A DNA stretch of 32,000 nt from an uncultured bacterium (lineage in GTDB: Bacteria > Patescibacteriota > Gracilibacteria > UBA1369 > PNNO01). Position 1 is the first letter of the stretch; each line of letters opens with the position of its first letter. The position numbers and the translations under genes are program-made. The stretch is from assembly GCA_963704705.1 (NCBI GenBank), contig OY969931.1:1260001-1292000 (forward strand), read 5' to 3'. Shown piece by piece: positions 1 to 8,222 of this stretch. The notes beneath the pieces are model-generated. The model saw only the letters and a list, made by a program, of their open reading frames with translations. It ran no database searches and was not told the origin of the DNA.

Positions 1-426
1 TTTTTCAATCAGTCCTTTCAGCCTTTCTTCTTCTTTGTCTTTTTCCTGCTGAGCTTTTGCTGGGCCTTTTTCTGCCACAAATTTTTCTTTTTTTGCTTTA
101 TAAATCACGCCTCTTATTCCATCCAAAAGTCTTTCCCTTTCCTGTGCGCTTGATTCCTTGGCTTTTTCAATAAATTCATTTGTTTTTTTACCTTCGTATG
201 AATCCAAAAAATTCATTAACATCGGTTTTTGATACCATTCACTATTTTCTTTAACAAAACTTCTTAAATTTTTTGTATCTTTCAATTTAAGTACATTTTC
301 CATTCTATAAACCTGATACTGCATTTCTTTTGCGAACAGGTTTTTTGACTCAGGAGCCTCTACGCCCTTTTCAACTGCTCCAACTGCTTGTTCTGCGCCT
401 TTTTTTAATGCTGTTACCGGAGGCAT
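1..426 (-). CDS. hypothetical protein, partial (C-terminus beyond left window edge)
   Basis: Absent from the ORF track because no stop is reached. Hand translation of the minus strand from ATG (426-424) stays open to base 1 (MPPVTALKKGAEQAVGAVEKGVEAPESKNLFAKEMQYQVYRMENVLKLKD...). It is Lys/Glu-rich and starts 2 nt after the stop of the upstream 429..737 ORF. Confidence 0.5.
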   Translation of the reverse strand, partial: MPPVTALKKGAEQAVGAVEKGVEAPESKNLFAKEMQYQVYRMENVLKLKDTKNLRSFVKENSEWYQKPMLMNFLDSYEGKKTNEFIEKAKESSAQERERLLDGIRGVIYKAKKEKFVAEKGPAKAQQEKDKEEERLKGLIEK

Positions 427-428
427 TT

Positions 429-737
429 TTATTTTTGATTAACAGATATTTTTAAAACATCTCTCTCATCTTTGAAGACTGTTTTAAGAGCGTGCATTTG
501 ATATTCATCCAAATCTTTCATTACATCCGGAAACTGAGCGGACAAATCATTAAGTATATTGTCGGTTCGTCTTTTTGAACCCAAAAGAAGCTGGAATAAT
601 TCAGTTAGTTCCTGCTTGTTCAAAAGCGGCATTAACTCAGAAATATCCCGCTTTTCTTCCAAAGATAAAAGCAAAGAATTATCAAGAAGTAATTTCACAA
701 CTTCGCGAAGCGCTTTTTCAGTATCTGTATTTTCCAT
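429..737 (-). CDS. hypothetical small protein (102 aa)
   Basis: Intact ORF, tightly packed with the downstream partial ORF. No motif recognised. Confidence 0.5.
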   Translation of the reverse strand: MENTDTEKALREVVKLLLDNSLLLSLEEKRDISELMPLLNKQELTELFQLLLGSKRRTDNILNDLSAQFPDVMKDLDEYQMHALKTVFKDERDVLKISVNQK

Positions 738-806
738 TTTTTTTGTATTTGTTATTTTTGATTTTTATTAATTTATTATACCAAAAAATCGCCTTTTTCT
801 CAAGCC

Positions 807-1679
807 CTAAGTGAAGGCATGCTTGTATCTCCTGAATTTTTTATCGATCAACAAGTCGCCCTGATGCTCGAGTTCATGGTGGCCTTTGCACAATGCTTTT
901 AAGTCATCATGCTTTTTAAATATAGCCCATGGTTTTGTATGATGAATTTCTTCAGCCGGTTTATTGCAGCCCGGAACTTCGCAAATTTTTGGCATTTCTC
1001 TCTTTTGTTTGGCTGACGCATTTCGTGATTTGTTCAGCCGTTGTTTATACTCGCGTATTGGTGCTTCAGATAATAATTTATCTGCAACCATTCTAATAAC
1101 TTCATCCCAGCCCAAGGCTTCACCCTTTTCTTTTTCAAATTTCTGCTTAATGAGTCTTAATTTAATTATTGTTTTCGGATCCAAATCCATTCCAAACCTT
1201 TCACGATTTGACATATATCGATTTTGCGTTTTCAGGTCCTGCTCCTCCGACTCCATGTTTTGCTCATCAAATAAAGAAAAATTGGCATTTTGATCCTGCT
1301 CCGTCCCGGGACGGATATCTTTAATATAAGTCGAAAGTGCATTTCTTGTCATTGTTTTCGCTTTATTGGCCCAAAATGAATCGGTTTCTTTTTTGGCAAC
1401 ATTTTCAACAACCCTGAGTTTGCTTAAACCAACTTCAGAAATTAAAGCTTTTAATTTCGGCATCTCTTTAAATTTCTCATCGAACCGAATAACTTCATCA
1501 ACAACATTATGGCTAACACCTGCCATTTTTGCCGCAAATTCATAAATCGAACAATAACCGCGCTTTTTATACAATCGTCTTCGGTATACTTCCGGAAGCA
1601 AAGCAACAAATTTATTTTTCCATTTACGCGCCTTGCGGCCATATTCCTGACAAAGTTTATATAGTTCTTTATCCGTCAT
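807..1679 (-). CDS. HNH endonuclease domain protein
   Basis: The C-terminus CEVPGCNKPAEEIHHTKPWAIFKKHDDLKALCKGHHELEH has the Cys pair, His-His and H..H layout of HNH nucleases. The N-terminal helical region resembles DUF222-type HNH proteins. Confidence 0.8.
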   Translation of the reverse strand: MTDKELYKLCQEYGRKARKWKNKFVALLPEVYRRRLYKKRGYCSIYEFAAKMAGVSHNVVDEVIRFDEKFKEMPKLKALISEVGLSKLRVVENVAKKETDSFWANKAKTMTRNALSTYIKDIRPGTEQDQNANFSLFDEQNMESEEQDLKTQNRYMSNRERFGMDLDPKTIIKLRLIKQKFEKEKGEALGWDEVIRMVADKLLSEAPIREYKQRLNKSRNASAKQKREMPKICEVPGCNKPAEEIHHTKPWAIFKKHDDLKALCKGHHELEHQGDLLIDKKFRRYKHAFT

Positions 1680-1793
1680 GTTTATTTTGTTAAATTTATG
1701 TTTGAATTATATCAAAAAAGCCAATTGATTTCATGTATTTCAGCTGGACTTTTTAGGATAAATGGTGTGCAGATACTCACCTAAAATTTATCG

Positions 1794-3365
1794 CTAAATT
1801 TTATCAATAACCTGAGCAATTATATATGCTGCCTCACCTCTGCCGATTTCTTCTTCAGCAACAAAAGTCGAGCCGTTATATAATCCGTTGCTAACCGCCC
1901 AATCCATATAAGGCTTATACCACTCCTGGCCAGGCTTAACAGTTGGCAAACTAATTCCCGCGCTTTCCAAAGCCATTTTTATTGCTTCGACACGATTGAC
2001 TTTTTGATCCGGTTTAAATGTCCCGTCCGGATATCCCTGAACCATTTTATAAGCCACTCCGCTTAAAACATAAGGGAAATACCACTCGCCATCGTTCGTA
2101 TCTTTAAACGGATTAACAAAATCACTACCGCGCGTTTCAGCAAACCAGTATTTGGATGTATCGCGCGCAAAACTATTCAATGCCATTTTTAAAATTTCCG
2201 CTCTGTTAACTTTATCAACCGGCTTAAAAAGCAGACTATCGCCCTGACCTTTAACAATTCCAAGGTCAGCAAGATAAGTAATTGCATTATTAAAAATCGT
2301 ATTAATATCCACATCTTTAAAATATAAAACCGGCCCAAAATCTTTATCTTTTAATACATCCTTTATCACTCTCCAGTTCATTTTATCTTCTTTTCCGAGT
2401 CTCCAAATTGCAATTCCTCCCAAATCATATTTTTCAACAAGATCGAGTTTCGGCTTAATACTGACATGATTTTCAAACCAAACTTCATGCGGTATTTTTG
2501 GATCTCTCTCGTCAAATTCACTTATGTAAAAAAGTCTGTTTGTTTGTGTCGCGGGATCATACTGAAAATCCACACCATATTTGCTTAAAATAAGCTGGAT
2601 AGTGTCGTATGTATAGCTTGCAAAATAATCTCCGCTCCATCCATATCCATAAAAAGGAATGCCCAAATAAATTTTTTCTTTTGGTACATTATCAACCGCA
2701 TACTGAACAACTTCTTCCACCCAGTAATAAGGCGCTACAGGCCTTGGCACACTTCCGCTCCATCCATAATCATAAGTCATAATTCTGAACTCATCCACGT
2801 ATTGAGATAGAGCTTTCCAGTCCTGACCCCTGTCTCCAAACTTTAATAAAGTGGGATAAGATTTTGCCTGAATCGCAATCGTAAGTTTTTTATTATAATG
2901 ATTGAGTTCTTCGCGAAGATCCTTGATAAAAGCCGTAAAAGCCTCCTTGTCTTCGCTGTGGAGTCCTTCGTAATCTATATCGATCCCGTCATAATTAAAT
3001 TTTCGAACCAGGTCCACAATATTTTGAATACTAGATTTTTTTATTTCAGGATCATTAATAATTCCGCTTACCAAATCGCCGCTAAAAGAATTTGATATTG
3101 TTGGAATAATTGTTACACCATTATCTTTCGCAAATTTAATCAACTCCTGATTCTCACCATCCTTTGGTGGAGCCAAAGTGCCATCATTATTCAGATGATA
3201 CCAAAAAGGCGAAATTGTATTTATTGTATCCACATTATCTTTAAACGATTGAAATGCTTCATCGGTTTCCCACGATGGAAGCCATGCAGAAACATTGTAT
3301 TCTTTTGCCAAAGCAGTTGGAGCAATGAGCGCAAAAGCGCAAATAACAAGAAGTGTTTTTTTCAT
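1794..3365 (-). CDS. secreted glycoside hydrolase family 18 (chitinase/peptidoglycan hydrolase-like) with C-terminal SLH repeats
   Basis: Track ORF 1794..3617 trimmed to the internal ATG at 3365 (MKKTLLVICAFALIAPTALA, a signal peptide) because the extension overlaps the PBP gene. GH18 catalytic motif DGIDIDYE. Three C-terminal SLH-like repeats (FKDVDINTIFNNAITYLADLGIVKG.., FKDTNDGEWYFPYVLSGVAYKMVQGYPDGTFKPDQKVNRVEAI.., YKPYMDWAVSNGLYNG..). Confidence 0.85.
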   Translation of the reverse strand: MKKTLLVICAFALIAPTALAKEYNVSAWLPSWETDEAFQSFKDNVDTINTISPFWYHLNNDGTLAPPKDGENQELIKFAKDNGVTIIPTISNSFSGDLVSGIINDPEIKKSSIQNIVDLVRKFNYDGIDIDYEGLHSEDKEAFTAFIKDLREELNHYNKKLTIAIQAKSYPTLLKFGDRGQDWKALSQYVDEFRIMTYDYGWSGSVPRPVAPYYWVEEVVQYAVDNVPKEKIYLGIPFYGYGWSGDYFASYTYDTIQLILSKYGVDFQYDPATQTNRLFYISEFDERDPKIPHEVWFENHVSIKPKLDLVEKYDLGGIAIWRLGKEDKMNWRVIKDVLKDKDFGPVLYFKDVDINTIFNNAITYLADLGIVKGQGDSLLFKPVDKVNRAEILKMALNSFARDTSKYWFAETRGSDFVNPFKDTNDGEWYFPYVLSGVAYKMVQGYPDGTFKPDQKVNRVEAIKMALESAGISLPTVKPGQEWYKPYMDWAVSNGLYNGSTFVAEEEIGRGEAAYIIAQVIDKI

Positions 3366-3369
3366 ATAA

Positions 3370-5643
3370 TTACTTATCAGGTGGAATATTATAGTAATCA
3401 AAAAGGAAACTTGCAATATCACTAAAAATCGGCGCAGCGGTTTCAGATCCCCATTCACTCGCGCGCGGTCTGTCCAGTTTAACCAAAACAACAAATCTCG
3501 GGTTATCCACAGGCCCATAACCTGCAAAAGATGCGATTGTTGTACCTGCACCTTCCAGAGGTTCACCCCATTTATAAGTTTGGGATGTCCCTGTTTTTCC
3601 GGCAACATAATGGCCATCTACCTGACCTTTTTTAGCAACACCATTTTCAACTGAACTCACAAGCATTGCGGTAATTTTATTTGAAGTGTCTTCGCTGATC
3701 GCCTGCCCGATTACAGCTGGTTCAGTATATACGGTTTTCCCGCTACCATCAGTGATTGAATCTACAATATAGGGCTGCATAAGTGTTCCCTTATTGGCCA
3801 AAGCAGCATAAGCATTAACCATTTGCAAAGGTGTAACAGCAATACCCTGTCCAAATCCATGAGTGGCCAACTCAGAATCAGCCCATTGTGTAAAATATTC
3901 AACCTTTCCGGCTTCTTCTGTTTCAAATTCAATACCTGTTTTTTCTCCGAGTCCGAATTTCATCATATAACTGTAAAACAAATTTCTTCCGATTTTCTTG
4001 GCTACATAAGCCATTCCCACATTTGATGACTGTTCCAAAATGTTTGTCATTGTCTGAGTTCCCCTGTATTCGTTTGTTGAATTTCTGATTTCAAATTCAT
4101 CTACTTTAACCGGACCCGATTCGTAGAAAGTGCTGTTAGGAGTAACATCGCCATCATCAATTGCAGCAGCCATTGCAATAGGTTTAAATACTGAACCCGG
4201 TTCATAAATAGCAGCTACTATTTTATTTTGATAAACCTCCGGACCGAACCAATTTTCATATCTTTCATAAACAGGTTCTTTGCCTTCTTCAATATCCTTA
4301 AATACCTGAAATTTATCATCAGTATCATAATTTCTGTAAAAATTAAATTGAGTTTCGCTTTCATCAATTGGAACCAAACTATCCACTTCTTCCGGAGTAA
4401 ATTCCACATCAACCTTTTTAAATGCCTCAGAATAATTATTCGGATCAAACGTAGGATAATGTGCCATTGCAATAACTTTTGATGTTTTTGGATCAAGTAT
4501 CACAACCTGGCCGCTGTTTGCATTGTAGCGTTTAACTCCTGCGGCAAGTATTCTTTCGACTTCAAGCTCGATGGTTCTATCAATTGTTAACGTAATATTA
4601 TCACCATTAACAGCAGGCTCAATTACACTGTCGCCAACGGTAATCTGGCGGTTTTCAGCATCTTTTTGAGCTTTAAAAACACCATTTTTACCTCTCAGTA
4701 ATTTATCAAAACTTTCTTCAAGTCCATATTGTCCATTCCCCTCTGTATCAACAAATCCCAAAATATTAGCGGCTAAACTGCCTTCAGGATAAAATCTGGA
4801 ATACTCCTCTTTAAATCCTATACCCAAATAGTTGTGTTCACCGGGATGCTCGTCTTCATCTTTTTGAATTATCTCCCTTAGTTTTCGTGACCTTTCAGCT
4901 TCAACTTTTGTTGCGATAATTTCATATCTGTCTTCACCAATAAGTAATTGTTCAAGCCATGGAGCAGCAACGCCTAAATCTTCACTTAAAGCAATTGCCG
5001 TGTATCTTTTATCATAAATTCTTGCTGGATAGGCATATAAATTTCCTCCTCTGATTTCAATTCCATTTAGATTTTTTTTTGCAATGCCATCCAAGATATC
5101 TTGGGGTAAAGTATCATCAAGTAGAATTTCATCTCGTATTTCCATACTAACTTTCTTCAAAATAGTCTGATAAAATGAAGCTTTAAGTTCTTCATCTGAA
5201 AGCGGCTGAACACGATCATACGCTTCCATGTTACCTGTTCTTTTAAACTCACGTTTTTCTTCAATCATTCTTTGATTATCCTTTTCGCGTTCAGTATTCA
5301 AATCAAATAATGTTTCAGCCAATGCGCTGGCAACCATAGTTTTGTTAACGATTTGCTTCGGATCAACAAAAACAAGATCCAATGTTGTATTTGATGCAAC
5401 TGTGTAAGTTTCTCCATTTGTGTAGTCGTTAACTAAAATCTCTCCTCTTTTTGCAGGAAGTTCCGTATAACCCTGATGCGCTTTTGCCGCTGCATCATTA
5501 TAAAAATCATACCTTATAACCTGCAGATAAAATAACCTTATCATAATAATAAAACAGGAAACCCCAACTATTACCATTAAAAAAGTAATGGTATTAAATT
5601 GAAGTGTTCGCGCTGATTTTCTTCTATTGGTAGTGTAACTCAT
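3370..5643 (-). CDS. class B penicillin-binding protein (PBP2/FtsI-type transpeptidase)
   Basis: N-terminal membrane anchor (ITFLMVIVGVSCFIIMIRLFYL). Transpeptidase motifs SVFK (SxxK), SSN (SxN) and KTGT (KTG) occur in the canonical order. The stop lies 4 nt upstream of the GH18 start. Confidence 0.9.
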   Translation of the reverse strand: MSYTTNRRKSARTLQFNTITFLMVIVGVSCFIIMIRLFYLQVIRYDFYNDAAAKAHQGYTELPAKRGEILVNDYTNGETYTVASNTTLDLVFVDPKQIVNKTMVASALAETLFDLNTEREKDNQRMIEEKREFKRTGNMEAYDRVQPLSDEELKASFYQTILKKVSMEIRDEILLDDTLPQDILDGIAKKNLNGIEIRGGNLYAYPARIYDKRYTAIALSEDLGVAAPWLEQLLIGEDRYEIIATKVEAERSRKLREIIQKDEDEHPGEHNYLGIGFKEEYSRFYPEGSLAANILGFVDTEGNGQYGLEESFDKLLRGKNGVFKAQKDAENRQITVGDSVIEPAVNGDNITLTIDRTIELEVERILAAGVKRYNANSGQVVILDPKTSKVIAMAHYPTFDPNNYSEAFKKVDVEFTPEEVDSLVPIDESETQFNFYRNYDTDDKFQVFKDIEEGKEPVYERYENWFGPEVYQNKIVAAIYEPGSVFKPIAMAAAIDDGDVTPNSTFYESGPVKVDEFEIRNSTNEYRGTQTMTNILEQSSNVGMAYVAKKIGRNLFYSYMMKFGLGEKTGIEFETEEAGKVEYFTQWADSELATHGFGQGIAVTPLQMVNAYAALANKGTLMQPYIVDSITDGSGKTVYTEPAVIGQAISEDTSNKITAMLVSSVENGVAKKGQVDGHYVAGKTGTSQTYKWGEPLEGAGTTIASFAGYGPVDNPRFVVLVKLDRPRASEWGSETAAPIFSDIASFLFDYYNIPPDK

Positions 5644-5722
5644 GGACTCACATTGTAATAAAAAATATTAGTAAAGGAAAGAGATCAATGTTATCCTCAA
5701 ATAAGTAATTAATTCAAATACT

Positions 5723-6985
5723 ATGCATAAGAAAATCACCCTTCCAAATAATTTAAGAATTATCACTGAAAAACAAGAAAGCACAAAGGCGGTAACAATC
5801 CTTATTCTTGCCGGTGCAGGCTCGCGATACGAATCAAAAGATATTTGCGGGATCTCGCATTTTCTTGAACACATGTTTTTTAAAGGAGCAAAAAAATTTA
5901 AAAATACCAAAGAAGTAAGCGAAGCAATTGATTCTATAGGTGGAGATTTCAATGCGTTCACAGGCAAAGAATATGCTGGTTATTACGTTAAAGCCGCCAG
6001 CGACCAAATAGAAGTTGCTATGGATGTTCTTTCAGACATGCTTCTTCACGCACGTTTCGATCCAAAAGAAATCGATAAAGAACGCGGCGTGATTCTGGAA
6101 GAATACAATATGTATCAAGATACCCCTATGTATCAAATAGGATGGGATTTTGAAAAACTTGTATTTGGCGACCAGCCGCTGGGCCGCGACCAAATCGGCA
6201 CTCCGGAATTTATAAAATCCGTGACTCAGGAGCAGTTTCAAACTTATAAAAACAAACTCTACACGCCCGACAATATAGTATTAACATTGGCTGGTGATAT
6301 TGATTATGACAAAATGATGCCGCTTCTTGAAAAATATTTCGCATTCGAAAACGAAGCAAAATCATATAATTTTGACCCATACAAAAAGCCTGAGAATAGC
6401 CGTAAAATCTATCTTCATGAAAAATCCACAGAACAAGCGCATGTTGTTGTGGGCGGCCAATCCTACAAAGAAACTCACCCAATGCACTGGGCTGAAAAAC
6501 TTCTCGCAGTAATTCTCGGCGGAAACATGAGCTCACGAATGTTTCTGAATGTCCGCGAAGCAAAAGGCCTTTGTTATTACATAAGTACAAGCGCTGACAA
6601 TTTTATTGATACTGGAATTTTTTCAACCAGCGCAGGTGTTAATGTTGATGGAATTGATGATGCAGTCAAAGGAATCCTCGTTGAATACTCAAAAATCCGC
6701 GAAGATCGCGTTGATGAAAAAGAGCTGCAAAAAGCCAAAAACTTCATGAAAGGCAAAATGGTTCTTCGCCTCGAAGACTCAGAACAGCAAGCTCACATCC
6801 TCGGCAAATACGAACTTTTGCACGGCAGAATCATGACATTAAAAGAAATAATGGACGAGCTCGATAAAGTAACCATAGACCAAATCCAGCAGGTTGCCCA
6901 AGACATTCTTGCACCTTCGAATCTGCACATCGGAGTTATCGGCCCTTACGGAGATGCTTCGCGATTTGAGAAAATGCTTAATTAG
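5723..6985 (+). CDS. M16 family zinc metallopeptidase (pitrilysin-like)
   Basis: Inverted zincin motif HFLEH near the N-terminus. The ~420-aa two-lobed length is typical of M16B peptidases. Confidence 0.85.
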   Translation: MHKKITLPNNLRIITEKQESTKAVTILILAGAGSRYESKDICGISHFLEHMFFKGAKKFKNTKEVSEAIDSIGGDFNAFTGKEYAGYYVKAASDQIEVAMDVLSDMLLHARFDPKEIDKERGVILEEYNMYQDTPMYQIGWDFEKLVFGDQPLGRDQIGTPEFIKSVTQEQFQTYKNKLYTPDNIVLTLAGDIDYDKMMPLLEKYFAFENEAKSYNFDPYKKPENSRKIYLHEKSTEQAHVVVGGQSYKETHPMHWAEKLLAVILGGNMSSRMFLNVREAKGLCYYISTSADNFIDTGIFSTSAGVNVDGIDDAVKGILVEYSKIREDRVDEKELQKAKNFMKGKMVLRLEDSEQQAHILGKYELLHGRIMTLKEIMDELDKVTIDQIQQVAQDILAPSNLHIGVIGPYGDASRFEKMLN

Positions 6986-7406
6986 ACCACAAATACGGCC
7001 ATTTATAATATCTATCAACCAAACCTGCCTTAACAGGATTATTCAAGATATACTTTTTTACTCTAGCCAATTCAATCCCTACATTTACTTCTTTGTGACA
7101 AAATCTTCCCTCGAAAACATGACCTGTATGATTCCTTGTTCTATTAAAATATCTTGCATATGAATACTGTAAAACCTGACTGAATTTTGAAATATTTTTA
7201 GCAAAATGATCGCTTCTTAACAAGATATGAAAGTGATTTGGCATCACACAACCCACTTGAGTTTCAATCAAATACTTTTTTGCAAATTGACTTATTTTAA
7301 ACAAAAAAAAGCGATAATCCTGGTCGTCTCTGAATATTAACCTTTTAGAAACAGCTCGATTATAAATATGATAGTACGTATTTTTTCGCAAAGAAGGATA
7401 CCTCAT
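6978..7406 (-). CDS. IS200/IS605-type Y1 (HUH) transposase, REP-associated tyrosine transposase (RAYT)-like
   Basis: 142 aa. Contains YYHIYNRAV.., the HUH motif in PNHFHILL, and C-terminal YILNNPVKAGLV characteristic of the Y1_Tnp family. Its 3' end overlaps the convergent M16 gene by 8 nt. Confidence 0.75.
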   Translation of the reverse strand: MRYPSLRKNTYYHIYNRAVSKRLIFRDDQDYRFFLFKISQFAKKYLIETQVGCVMPNHFHILLRSDHFAKNISKFSQVLQYSYARYFNRTRNHTGHVFEGRFCHKEVNVGIELARVKKYILNNPVKAGLVDRYYKWPYLWSN

Positions 7407-7476
7407 GGCAATATTATCCCAAATAAAAATTAAAAAAATCTAAAATTTTTTTAAAATTTTTCTCCTCAAATCAACC

Positions 7477-7505
7477 TCGTCGCACGAACTGTGTTCGTGC
7501 GACGA
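7477..7505. repeat. GC-rich perfect hairpin (13-bp stem, 3-nt loop) upstream of the Y1 transposase gene; REP/IS200-end-like
   Basis: TCGTCGCACGAAC-tgt-GTTCGTGCGACGA, with every stem position checked as complementary. It lies about 70 nt upstream of the transposase ATG in otherwise AT-rich spacer and has no flanking T-tract. Confidence 0.6.
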
Positions 7506-7641
7506 ATCCACTTCGACGGGAAAACCAAAACATATCCACAAAAAACCGCAACCTACACAAGCCACGGTTGTTATTGTAAGTGCAAGCCAAATAAGGCACA
7601 CTTAATTTTAGGCATATTAATTCATACTAATCCTTATAAAT

Positions 7642-8220
7642 ATGAACACAACCGACCTTTCCGAGAAGGTCCAGCAGGAAATAATTGAGGAGTTCAAGAA
7701 TAACCCCGACGCGTTCGAAAAAATTTACAATTTTTACTACGAGCGCATCCTCAAGTATTTACTTAAAAGGACCGCTTCAGCTGAGGCCGCATACGACCTC
7801 ACAGCTGACACCTTTATAAAAGCGTTCGAGTCATTTCATAAGTTTAAATGGACCGGCATTTCTGTAAAAGTCTGGCTTTACCGCATTGCAATAAATGCAT
7901 TGAAAAACCACAGAAGAAAGCCACAAAGCCAAGTTCTTACTGCTGAGATGGAAGGCATGGAAATCCTTGCGACAAATGCAAAAGAAGAACTCGAAGAATT
8001 AGACAAGGCAATGCACGGAGACGAAGACCTAAGCAAGCTGAGTGATGCAGTGGCAACTCTAAATCCAAAATATCAAAACATAGTTTCTCTGCATTATTTC
8101 GAAGGAATGTCACACAAAGAAATCGCGCACACAATACAAAGATCAGAAAGTGCAGTTAAATCAATGATGCACAGAGCACTTGAAAATTTACGTCAATTAT
8201 TAGCAACTAACACTATATAA
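7642..8220 (+). CDS. ECF-type sigma-70 family RNA polymerase sigma factor
   Basis: Region 2-like AAYDLTADTFIKAFESFHKFKWTGISVKVWLYRIAINALKNHRRK and region 4 HTH-like LNPKYQNIVSLHYFEGMSHKEIAHTIQRSESAVKSMMHRALENLR. 192 aa. Confidence 0.85.
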   Translation: MNTTDLSEKVQQEIIEEFKNNPDAFEKIYNFYYERILKYLLKRTASAEAAYDLTADTFIKAFESFHKFKWTGISVKVWLYRIAINALKNHRRKPQSQVLTAEMEGMEILATNAKEELEELDKAMHGDEDLSKLSDAVATLNPKYQNIVSLHYFEGMSHKEIAHTIQRSESAVKSMMHRALENLRQLLATNTI

Positions 8221-8222
8221 CA

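Noticed and set aside
3366-3617. The track ORF 1794..3617 (607 aa) extends the GH18 gene 84 codons upstream into the PBP gene.
   Set aside because: The extension overlaps the 3' end of the well-supported PBP ORF in another frame and has no signal-peptide logic. The internal ATG at 3365 gives a classic signal peptide (MKKTLLVICAFALIAPTALA) 4 nt after the PBP stop.
7491-7688. A 65-aa ORF starting with GTG inside the hairpin region and overlapping the sigma gene start.
   Set aside because: It begins within the right arm of the hairpin, overlaps the sigma-1 start in another frame, and has no RBS or recognisable features. The region is better explained as hairpin plus promoter spacer.
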